Source: Nemertoderma westbladi (taxonomy: Eukaryota; Animalia; Xenacoelomorpha). Taken from it: 64,000 bases of DNA. Below are positions 1-10,160 of this stretch, in pieces. The stretch covers positions 1 to 64,000 of the forward strand of contig JAUCBJ010006528.1 in assembly GCA_032718475.1 (NCBI GenBank), in the 5' to 3' direction. A program made the translations under genes and the position numbers. The notes under the pieces were generated by a model. The model was not told the DNA's origin and did not search any database. It saw only the letters and a program-made list of their open reading frames with translations. Within the stretch, counting starts at the first letter, position 1, and each line of letters starts with the position of its first letter.

Positions 1-2340
1 TACTAGGATCGGCATGCTGCATTGCAGCTGCATTTTTAAGAATGCTGTGCCGGCTTGTCAACAAAATTGCACCGCCACAACTCCCTATCACCCATGACAT
101 TTGCTAGATCATCCGCATCTTTAAGGCCAGTGTCCTTTAAGATGCGTCTCAAGAAAGTCATGGGCTGTCCACCATGCTTATTCACTCCATGAGGCTGCCA
201 AAGTACAAGATTATGCACAGGCTGGTCCTTACAGCGAAAGCAATGTCCTGCAAAGCGGAGGCGATTTTGTTCTAGTGTCAAGCTTGGGGGAACCAATGAG
301 ACACCTCCAATGTTATATAGTGTCTGGTTGGAGATGTGTGCATTGTACTTGACACAATGTACCCGGCGTAGCATTCTTGTGAAGCATTCTTGTGTAGCAT
401 TCTGGGATGATTGCCTGCTGTCGTCAGCATCATTGATGGCATCAACCTGTTGGTTTATTAGCTCCTGTAGATTAGCAGAGTACTGCCTGTTCAGGGACCT
501 AGATGCAGCCTTAACTGCATTCTTGGCCGCTGTAGTCTGTTTGAGTCGGGACTCTTTCTGCGCCTTATGAAGGTCATTTCGGTACTTCTGAATTTTGTTG
601 TCAGTCCAGGGGGCCCTTTTCCTGTTTCGAGGATATACAGGAACTGTTTCTGCAGCTGCTAACTTAACTGCTTCTGTAAAGGCAGTATAGCCCTCACAGT
701 GATCTGCCGCCTCAGAGGCAAGAGCCTCATACCTGTTGCTCAGCTGTAGTGTGAAGCTGGATCTCACACTTGGCTGTTGCAACAGAGAGGACCAGTCATG
801 CCGCGGCAAGGCAGATTTCGTTGTTCTGCTAGCACGCAGACTAAGTCTTACCTTGGCCACAAGAAGGCGGTGATCACTGGAGAAGGGTCGAAGTGTAAAT
901 GCATTACAGTCTTGTATAGAGCTCCTGTATTTCCTACGAAACAGAATATGGTTTATCTGGGACTTGTGACCACTGGGTCCACTATGAGTCCATAGCTTTC
1001 CAGTTCGCTTCTTGAACTGGGTTCCAGCCGAAAACAATCCATTTCCAGAGATAAAATCCTGAAGATGGACAGAATTTCGGTTAACACTATTGCTATAGAC
1101 CCAGGGCGATGTAGGTGATTGATGCAGACTTGCATTAAAGTCTCCCAGGAATGTTAAGAATACATGCTGATCCACTCCATCAGTAGCTGCTTGTAGATTG
1201 TGGTAGAAATTTTCCACCTCCTCTACAGGGGCAACACTAGTTGGAGAGTAGCACACAATCAGAACCACCTTAGGAAACTTCTTAGCCAGTCTTCCAGAAC
1301 ATGAGAAGTGGCAACGGATGATGCGGTTAGAGATTTGGTCTATTTTGTCCAATGCTGCATGTGCAGTTGGATTCATCAATAGACCAATTCCACCATTGCC
1401 ACTATCATCTGCTGACGCGAGGGCGAGTCGCCAACCGCCCCCCATGTCCTTAATCAGAACCTCATCAGTCTGTCCAGTCTGCATTCGGTGCTCTTGAACA
1501 CCCACTGCGCTAAGAGAAAGCTTATCTGCCAAGGCAGTCAGCTCACCTTGTCGCATTGGGGACCCGAGTGTTAGGGTGTTTACTGAGGCTAGTCTTGTGA
1601 CTTGCCTCAGATTCACCAATGGCTTTGTTGGTCGGGGTGGAACATGAGAGTAGCCTCCAACTCCTGAATCCCTCTCCCCATCACAATCTGGCCTTCCTGG
1701 TGACCCAGGGTTTGGGCCAGAAAGGTCATCAGGAAAGGGACTCAAAGAATTGTTGGCTGCTCTCTCTCCAGTAGGGGGTGAGACAGGCAGCCGGTCAGGA
1801 GTTAACTGACGCCTGTGAGGCCGATTGTGTCCGGTAATTCCACTGGCCTCTAGTGGCCGGACCTCCGCATTGCTAATGTAATCCATAGTGGGGGTTGGGG
1901 GGTGCTTTTTTTTGCCGAGTCAGCTCTCGGGGCAAATACCACACCCTGGTTTGCCATTCCACAGGGTGGGTGTCGCAATGGAGTCAGATATGAGGCCCAT
2001 CACCCATATCTACTCTGGCGCACATGACCCACCATTGGCTGTTGCAGCTCATCTGCTGGGTCATGCCCTGTACCCTTGCTGCCAGGTGCAGGTCGCAGTG
2101 AAGTGCTCTCAGAGTGGACATGATAACACTCTACTCCTGACCAGCCATTGGTAGATCACCATCTGCCTGGTCAGGCCATATACCCCTGCAGCCAAGTATA
2201 TGGGTCCTTAATCCAGGACCAAGGGCGTCCTTATCCCAGAACGAAGGGGGTCCTAGTTACAGGACCAGATTTGCCCTAGTAAGAGGGTCTATGCAGCTAC
2301 AGGTGGCACCTCCTTTATGCTGCATGGAGGTGGCAAGTTT
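1..2340 (-). mobile_element. RTE-clade non-LTR retrotransposon, internally deleted (no RT); boundaries approximate, 3' end may run out of the window
   Basis: Single ORF with APE endonuclease motifs and an RTE-type C-terminus (LRFAGHCFR...LVLWQP.G....GGQP......D......DRELWR), preceded by a ~450-bp hairpin-rich leader (1887-2340). No TSD could be identified. Confidence 0.85.
36..1886 (-). CDS. APE endonuclease fused to the LINE C-terminal domain; reverse transcriptase absent
   Basis: 616-aa ORF with motifs SVNTLTL, VGVQEHR, GGIGLL, VCYSPT, LGDFNA, WTH..SQINHIL, SDHRLL (about 860-1595). No YxDD or other RT motifs occur between the post-EN linker and FTRMLRRV. The real start codon is uncertain. 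Confidence 0.75.
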   Translation of the reverse strand: MDYISNAEVRPLEASGITGHNRPHRRQLTPDRLPVSPPTGERAANNSLSPFPDDLSGPNPGSPGRPDCDGERDSGVGGYSHVPPRPTKPLVNLRQVTRLASVNTLTLGSPMRQGELTALADKLSLSAVGVQEHRMQTGQTDEVLIKDMGGGWRLALASADDSGNGGIGLLMNPTAHAALDKIDQISNRIIRCHFSCSGRLAKKFPKVVLIVCYSPTSVAPVEEVENFYHNLQAATDGVDQHVFLTFLGDFNASLHQSPTSPWVYSNSVNRNSVHLQDFISGNGLFSAGTQFKKRTGKLWTHSGPSGHKSQINHILFRRKYRSSIQDCNAFTLRPFSSDHRLLVAKVRLSLRASRTTKSALPRHDWSSLLQQPSVRSSFTLQLSNRYEALASEAADHCEGYTAFTEAVKLAAAETVPVYPRNRKRAPWTDNKIQKYRNDLHKAQKESRLKQTTAAKNAVKAASRSLNRQYSANLQELINQQVDAINDADDSRQSSQNATQECFTRMLRRVHCVKYNAHISNQTLYNIGGVSLVPPSLTLEQNRLRFAGHCFRCKDQPVHNLVLWQPHGVNKHGGQPMTFLRRILKDTGLKDADDLANVMGDRELWRCNFVDKPAQHS

Positions 2341-2376
2341 TCTTGATCAATGACCTAGAATACCTGACCTGACTTG

Positions 2377-3990
2377 GAGGCGACCCGAAGCCTGAGGCGA
2401 GCCGAAGCCTGAGGCGACCCGATGCCTGAGGCGACCCGATGCCTGAGACGACCCGAAGCCTGAGGCAACCCGATGCCTGAGGCAACCCGAAGCCTGAGGT
2501 GACCCGATGCCTGAGGCGACCCAATGCCTGAGGCAACCCGAAGCCTGAGGCGTCCTGATGCCTGAGGCGACCCGATGCCTGAGGCAACCCGAAGCCTGAG
2601 GCGACCCGATGCCTGAGGCGACCCAAAGCCTGCAGCGACCCAATGCCTGAGGCAACCCGATGCTTGCAGCGACCCAATGCCTGAGGCGACCCGATGCCTG
2701 AGGTGACCCGAGGCTTGAGGCGACCCAATGCCTGAGGCGACCCAAAGCCTGGCACAACCCGATGCCTGAGGCGATCCGAAGCCTGAGTCGACCCGATGCC
2801 TGAGGCGACCCGAAGCCTGAGGCGACCCGATGCCTGAGGCAACCCGAAGCCTGAGGCGACCCGATGCCTGAGGCAACCCAATGCCTGAGGCAACCTGAAG
2901 CCTGAGGCGACCCGATGCCTGAGGCGACCCGATGCCTGAGGCGACCCGAAGCCTGAGGTGACCCGAAGCCTGAGGCGACCCGATGCCTGAGGCGACCCGA
3001 TGCCTGAGGCGACCCGAAGCCTGCAGCGACCCAATGCCTGAGGCGACACGATGCCTGAGGTGACCCGAGGCTTGAGGCGACCCAATGCCTGAGGCGACCC
3101 AAAGCCTGGCGCAACCCGATGCCTGAGGCGATCCGAAGCCTGAGTCGACCCGATGCCTGAGGCGACCCGAAGCCTGAGGCGACCCGATGCCTGAGGCAAC
3201 CCGAAGCCTGAGGCGACCCGATGCCTGAGGCAACCCAATGCCTGAGGCAACCTGAAGCCTGAGGCGACCCGATGCCTGAGGCGACCCGATGCCTGAGGCG
3301 ACCCGAAGCCTGAGGTGACCCGAAGCCTGAGGCGACCCGATGCCTGAGGCGACCCGATGCCTGAGGCGACCCGAAGCCTGAGGTGACCCGAAGCCTGAGG
3401 CGACCCAAAGCCTGAGGCGACCCAATGCCTGAGGCGACCCGATGCCTGAGAAGACCCGAAGCCTGAGGTGACCTGAAGCCTGAGGCGACCCAAAGCCTGA
3501 GGCGACCCGAAGCCTGAGGCGACCCGATGCCTGAGGCGACCCGATGCCTGAGGCGACCCGAAGCCTGAGGTGACCCGAAGCCTGAGGCGACCCAAAGCCT
3601 GAGGCGACCCAATGCCTGAGGCGACCCGATGCCTGAGAAGACCCGAAGCCTGAGGTGACCTGAAGCCTGAGGCGACCCAAAGCCTGAGGCGACCCGAAGC
3701 CTGAGGCGACCCGATGCCTGAGGCGACCTGAAGCCTGATGAGACCCGATGCCTGAGGCGACCCGAAGCCTGAGGCGACTCAATGCTTCAGGCGACCGGAT
3801 GCCTGAGGCGACCCGAAGAAGCCTGAGGCGACCCGATGCTGGAGGAAACGCGATGCCAGAGGCGACCCAAAGCCTGAGGCAACCCGATGCTAGAGGCGAC
3901 CCGATGCCTGATGCGACCAGAAGCCTGCGGCGACCTGAAGGCAGAGGCGACCCAAAGCCGAATGCAACCTGAAGCTGGTGGCGACCCAGA
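2377..3990. repeat. 17-bp GC-rich minisatellite GCCTGAGGCGACCCGA(A/T), about 95 copies
   Basis: Periodicity read directly; the ORF translations have a 17-aa period; the array degenerates after about 3780. Confidence 0.97.
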
Positions 3991-4380
3991 GCCGGATATT
4001 TGTAAGCCCGGCACTCAACTAACTAAGCTACACCGCCTTCAATGGAAGATTGACTCTTTAAATATTTCGCTAATATTTCGCGAGAGAGTAGGAGAGAAGG
4101 CAAAACAGGTTAACAGCCTGCAAAAATAATAATTTCACTATATTTAATAAACGATCAATCCATTGCATTGTACCTTCGTGTAACATAAGATAATCAATTT
4201 TATTTTAAGATAATCCCTCCTCATTAACGAGGGAACGGTACCGTTTGTGTGTTTTTATCATTTCTGTGCTCGCAGGAAGTGTGAAATACACAACAAGCCC
4301 GTAGTGTGGTAGAATTTCTGTTTATTATTATTGGCACTACAGTATTTATTGCGTTATTTGGTTGTTTGGTCATCTATGTG

Positions 4381-5060
4381 TGTAACTGTAACTGTAACTG
4401 TAACTGTAACTGTAACTGTAACTGTAACTGTAACTGTAACTGTAACTGTAACTGTAACTGTAACTGTAACTGTAACTGTAACTGTAACTGTAACTGTAAC
4501 TGTAACTGTAACTGTAACTGTAACTGTAACTGTAACTGTAACTGTAACTGTAACTGTAACTGTAACTGTAACTGTAACTGTAACTGTAACTGTAACTGTA
4601 ACTGTAACTGTAACTGTAACTGTAACTGTAACTGTAACTGTAACTGTAACTGTAACTGTAACTGTAACTGTAACTGTAACTGTAACTGTAACTGTAACTG
4701 TAACTGTAACTGTAACTGTAACTGTAACTGTAACTGTAACTGTAACTGTAACTGTAACTGTAACTGTAACTGTAACTGTAACTGTAACTGTAACTGTAAC
4801 TGTAACTGTAACTGTAACTGTAACTGTAACTGTAACTGTAACTGTAACTGTAACTGTAACTGTAACTGTAACTGTAACTGTAACTGTAACTGTAACTGTA
4901 ACTGTAACTGTAACTGTAACTGTAACTGTAACTGTAACTGTAACTGTAACTGTAACTGTAACTGTAACTGTAACTGTAACTGTAACTGTAACTGTAACTG
5001 TAACTGTAACTGTAACTGTAACTGTAACTGTAACTGTAACTGTAACTGTAACTGTAACTG
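4381..5060. repeat. Perfect hexanucleotide microsatellite (TGTAAC)113
   Basis: Uninterrupted TGTAAC run from 4381 to 5058. Confidence 0.99.
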
Positions 5061-5133
5061 TGATATTTTCTTGTATTTTTTTTGTTTGTTTTTCCAAGTT
5101 AATTTCAGTTAATTTTTCCAATTTAAGTTCTTG

Positions 5134-5166
5134 TTAATCCAGGCCACACGGCCTGGATTAAATAAA
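5134..5166 (+). other. Perfect 12-bp stem-loop followed by AATAAA; possible 3' end remnant of a LINE
   Basis: TTAATCCAGGCC-ACAC-GGCCTGGATTAA after a T-rich tract, then AATAAA and AT-rich simple sequence. Confidence 0.45.
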
Positions 5167-5477
5167 ATATTAATATATATTAAATAGGGAACTATGGTGT
5201 TCACGTGTCAACAACTCGTGTTCATCAAAGAGAAAACAATAATTTATTATTTTGGTAAGCGTTGTTAGTTTGGGATTCGTTGGTCCATTTGCTTAGATTA
5301 TGGGTTACATTCCACTTGATAGTAGGGTTTAAGCGCAGCCACAACTGAATCAGATAATATTGGAAATATCAGCGCCAAACTGTCGCAACAGCTGCGAACT
5401 TACAGCAGCCTAAGCCGCGGTCGAATCGATTTAAGTACTGTAAAGCTCGACGATATGGATCTATGATAGGAAATCGA

Positions 5478-5540
5478 TCATGTTCTGCGTCTGGCCATTA
5501 ACAGATCACATCGTAACCAACTGCTACCAAAGTACCAGGC
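5478..5540 (-). CDS. Candidate next exon of the Ig-receptor gene (AWYFGSSWLRCDLLMARRRT*), tentative
   Basis: Acceptor ATGTTTATAG| at 5541 is phase 0, matching the 5647 donor (106-bp intron). It would supply the second Cys of Ig domain 2 but stops after 20 codons. Confidence 0.25.
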   Translation of the reverse strand, partial: AWYFGSSWLRCDLLMARRRT

Positions 5541-5646
5541 CTATAAACATGCTGACTCTGTCATAATACTTTACAAAATATAAATTTACAAAATATTAGA
5601 AATGTGGGAAATCTACAATTAGAATTATAATCATGAGTTAACTTAC

Positions 5647-5831
5647 CACGCCTTTTAGGGGGAATGATACATAAGGGCGAGAGTATTTTTGAGAGGGTCT
5701 GTAATACCTTATGGATCGTTTATCAGTTGGTCGTTTCTTACGGCAAGGAACCAGGACGGAGACTTCAGATGTTAGTTCAATGGGTTTCGAATTCTCGTAG
5801 TGATTTGGACGCACGAATCCAGAACTCTCGT
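5647..5831 (-). CDS. Exon of PDGFR/VEGFR(PVR)-like Ig gene: N-terminal part of Ig domain 2
   Basis: Branch-like TACTAAT, acceptor TGTTTATAG|AC (phase 1), donor GTG|GTAAGT (phase 0). Encodes (D)ESSGFVRPNHYENSKPIELTSEVSVLVPCRKKRP...VSFPLKGV; LVPCR and PxKG resemble D2 of this family. Confidence 0.7.
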
Positions 5832-6218
5832 CTATAAACATAGATTGTTTGTGATTAGTAAGATACAGTACAGACACAGATACAGTAACTGTAAAATTTA
5901 CTTTACTTTACTTTTTACATACAGTACATTGCTGGATCAGTGAGATATAGACCCATTTAATTGCTATAGTTGTCATAAAAATGGACGCACAATAAATTAA
6001 ATCTAGGAATATGTTGCATTTACAACTTTTTCGATGATTTAGTAAAACCAATGATTTGGGCTCAAGTTCCGCTAAATCTCAAAGATTAGGAGATACGGTT
6101 GTATGTAAATAATGTCGTACGTTAACAAAAATCAAGTTTGAATCAAGTTAAAATGGCCTGTTAGTCCTATGTAGTATACACCATGTCCTGGAATATAGTG
6201 TCGTTATTCAGGTACCTG

Positions 6219-6236
6219 CCCCCCCCCCCCCCCCCC
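6219..6236 (+). repeat. C18 homopolymer
   Basis: Read directly. Confidence 0.9.
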
Positions 6237-6605
6237 TCCCAAATTTTTCTACAAATCTTAATGAGATTGCATGAAATATGAAACAGAGATAGTTCACCTC
6301 CCTTCTCCTCCGTGGATGAGCTAGAATATTTATTTTTGCTTTATTCTTTAGCTACATTCTTTGAAAAAGGTGTCTCCAGCGATAATTCACAGGAATCATT
6401 CTTCAGCCTTATAGTTATTTTATGGTACCAATAAAAAGGCTGCCCATGCAGGCCATTTATTCTATTTAATAATTGTATCATATTCTAGAACATTTTGTTT
6501 ATTCCATAAATAAACAAAAGTAGCATAAACAGCAGTAATAAAGCTGTACCTGAATGAAGAGTAGTAGGCCTACCGGTAGCACCCTGGTTAATAGTTTAGA
6601 CTTAC

Positions 6606-6743
6606 CATCGACGTAGACATATGTGGAATTAGTAATAGTGTCGTCGTTTCCATAGCATTTGTAATAGCCTGCATCTTCAACATGAAGTTGTTCTATAGTC
6701 AATCTCGTTGACGATTGATTGAATGATTGGTTGGCAATTAAAA
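6606..6743 (-). CDS. Exon of Ig gene: C-terminal half of Ig domain 1
   Basis: Acceptor CTTTTCAG|TT, donor GATG|GTAAGT, 138 bp, phase 1-1. Encodes LIANQSFNQSSTRLTIEQLHVEDAGYYKCYGNDDTITNSTYVYVD with the LTI and DxGxYxC Ig motifs. Confidence 0.88.
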
Positions 6744-6772
6744 CTGAAAAGTTTAAACTGTTGGGTTGAGGG

Positions 6773-9700
6773 CAAACATAGACCCAATGACCCTCTGTAC
6801 AAAACATAGACCCAAGACCCTCTGTACAAAACAAAGACCCAAGGACCCTCTGTACAAAACATAGACCCAAGGACCCTCTGTACAAAACAAAGACCCAGGA
6901 CCCTCTGTACAAAACAAAGACCCAAGGACCCTCATTAAAAAACAAAGACCCAAGGACCCTCTGTACAAAACAAAGACCCAGGGACCCTCTGTACAAAACA
7001 AAGACCCAAGACACTCAGTACAAAACAAAGAACCAAGACCCTCAGTACAAAACAAAGACCCAAGGACCCTCTGTACAAAACAAAGACCCAGGACCTTCTG
7101 TACAAAACAAAGACCCCATACCCTCTGTACAAAACATAGACCCAAGACCCTCTGTACAAAACAAAGACTCAAGACACTCTGTACAAAACAAAGACCCAAG
7201 ACCCTCTGTACAAAACAAAGACCCAGGACCCTCTGTACAAAACAAAGACCCAAGGACCCTCTGTACAAAACAAAGACCCAAGACCCTCAGTACAAAACAA
7301 AGACCCAATACCCTCTGTACAAAACATAGACCCAATACCCTCTGTACAAAACAAAGACCCAAGACCCTCTGTACAAAACAAAGAACCAAGACCCTCAGTA
7401 CAAAACAAAGACCCAAGGACCCTCTGTACAAAACAAAGACCCAGGACCCTCTGTACAAAACAAAGACCCAAGGACCCTCTGTACAAAACATAGACCCAAG
7501 GACCCTCTGTACAAAACAAATTCCCGGGACCCTCTGTACAAAACAATGACCCAGGACCCTCTGTACAAAACAAAGACCCAAGACCCTTTGTACAAAACAA
7601 AGACCCAAGACCCTCTGTACAAAACAAAGACCCAGGACCCTCTGTACAAAACATAGACCAAATACCCTCTGTACAAAACATAGACCCAAGACCCTCTATA
7701 CAAAACAAAGACCCAAGACACTCTGTAAAAAACAAAGACCCAAGGACCCTCTGTACAAAACAAAGACCCAGGGACCCTCTGTACAAAACAAAGACCCAAG
7801 ACACTCTGTACAAAACAAAGACACAAGGACCCTCTGTACAAAACAAAGACCCAGGGACCCTCTGTACAAAACAAAGACCCAAGACACTATGTACAAAACA
7901 AAGACACAAGGACCCTTTGTACAAAACAAAGACCCAAGGACCCTCTGTACAAAACATAAACCCAATACCCTCTGTAAAAAACAAAGACCCAGGACCCTCT
8001 GTACAAAACAAAGACCAAAGGAACCTCTGTACAAAACAAAGACCCAGGACCCTCTGTACAAAACAAAGACCCAGGGACCCTCTGTACAAAACAAAGACCC
8101 AAGACACTCTGTACAACACAAAGAACCAAGACCCTCAGTACAAAACAAAGACCCAAGGACCCTCTGTACAAAACAAAGACCCAAGGACCCTCTGTACAAA
8201 ACAAAGACCCAAGGACCCTCTGTACAAAACATAGACCCAAGGACCCTCTGTACAAAACAAATTCCCGGGACCCTCTGTACAAAACAATGACCCAGGACCC
8301 TCTGTACAAAACAAAGACACAAGACCCTTTGTACAAAACATAGACCCAAGACCCTCTGTACAAAACAAAGACCCAGGACCCTCTGTACAAAACATAGACC
8401 AAATACCCTCTGTACAAAACATAGACCCAAGACCCTCTGTACAAAACAAAGACCCAAGACACTCTGTAAAAAACAAAGACCCAAGGACCCTCAGTACAAA
8501 ACAAAGACCCAAGGACCCTCTGTACAAAACAAAGACCCAGGACCCTCTGTACAAAACAAAGACCCAGGACCCTCTGTACAAAACAAAGACCCAAGACCCT
8601 CTGTACAAAACAAAGACCCAGGACCCTCTGTACAAAACAAAGACCCAAGGACCCTCTGTACAAAACATAGACCCAAGGACCCTCTGTCCAAAACAAAGAC
8701 CCAGGACCCTCTGTACAAAACAAAGACCCAGGGACCCTCTGTACAAAACAAAGACCCAAGACACTCTGTACAAAACAAAGACCCAAGGACCCTCTGTACA
8801 AAACAAAGACCCAGGGACCCTCTGTACAAAACAAAGACCCAAGACACTATGTACAAAACAAAGACCCAAGGACCCTTTGTACCAAACAAAGACCCAAGGA
8901 GCCTCTGTACAAAACATAAACCCAATACCCTCTGTACAAAACAAAGACCCAGGACCCTATGTACAAAACAAAGACCCAAGGACCCTCTGTACAAAACAAA
9001 GACCCAGGGACCCTCTGTACAAAACAAAGACCCAAGGACCCTCAGTACAAAACAAAGACCCAAGGACCCTCTGTACAAAACAAAGACCCAGGACCCTCTG
9101 CACAAAACAAAGACCCAGGACTCTCTGTACAAAACAAAGACCCAAGACCCTCTGTACAAAACAAAGACCCAGGACCCTCTGTACAAAACAAAGACCCAAG
9201 GACCCTCTGTACAAAACATAGACCCAAGGACCCTCTGTACAAAACAAAGACCCAGGACCCTCTGTACAAAACAAAGACCCAAGGACCCTCTGTAAAAAAC
9301 AAAGACCCAGGACCCTTTGTACAAAACAAAGACCCAGGGACCCTCTGTACAAAACAAAGACCCAAGACACTCAGTACAAAACAAAGAACCAAGACCCTCA
9401 GTACAAAACAAAGACCCAAGGACCCTCTGTACAAAACAAAGACCCAGGACCTTCTGTACAAAACAAAGACCCAGGACACTCTGTACAAAACAAAGACCCA
9501 AGGACCCTCTGTACAAAACATAGACCCAAGGACCCTCTGTACAAAACAAATTCCCGGGACCCTCTGTACAAAACAATGACCCAGGACCCTTTGTACAAAA
9601 CAAAGACACAAGACCCTCTGTACAAAACAAAGACCCAGGGACCCTCTGTACAAAACAAAGACCCAAGGACCCTCTGTACAAAACAAAGACCCAAGGACCC

Positions 9701-9882
9701 TCAGTACAAAACAAAGACCCAAGGACCCTCTGTACAAAACAAAGACCCAAGGACCCTCAGTACAAAACAAAGACCCAAGGACCCTCTGTACAAAACAATG
9801 ACCCAGGACCCTTTGTACAAAACAAAGACACAAGACCCTCTGTACAAAACAAAGACCCAGGGACCCTCTGTACAAAACAAAG
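6773..9882. repeat. 27/28-bp minisatellite TCTGTACAAAACAAAGACCC(A)AGGACCC, about 113 copies, intronic
   Basis: Periodicity read directly; 27- and 28-bp units are mixed; a rare variant block containing TTCCCGGG recurs at 7521, 8262 and 9551. Confidence 0.97.
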
Positions 9883-10160
9883 AGGTAAAGTTGATTAGGT
9901 CCCAAAGAACGTTAGGTCGGTCCCATTGCCATTTAGAGGAACAGGTTAATAAAGAAGCAGGTTACAGACCATAACAATAAACGAAAGTTAACACATGTAT
10001 GTTTTGTACAGGTCTTGAGTCTTTATGTTTCAAGCTGTTTCACTCAGTGTTTTCAAGCAGACAATGATAAATGATTGACAGAAAATATGATTATTTTTAG
10101 TCTTTGACGAGATGAGCTAACCGTTAGATATTCCGACGTATTATTAATATTAAAACCAAC

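Noticed and set aside
2291-2332. Firm HDV-like ribozyme call
   Set aside because: P3/L3, P1.1 and the catalytic J4/2 strand are not identifiable; kept only as a structured-leader finding.
2315-3782. Arg/Gly/Ser-rich ORFs
   Set aside because: Translations of the 17-bp repeat, open in all three minus frames.
4381-5060. Telomeric repeat
   Set aside because: TGTAAC/GTTACA lacks the G-run of known animal telomere motifs and is internal.
4306-5137. TM segment plus poly-(CN) or poly-(VT) protein
   Set aside because: Microsatellite translation; non-ATG start, an upstream in-frame stop, and no compatible splice acceptor.
6753-9974. Cys-rich or Lys-rich ORFs in the 27/28-bp array
   Set aside because: Repeat artefacts; only the 6606-6743 part of ORF 6499-7014 has coding motifs and splice sites.
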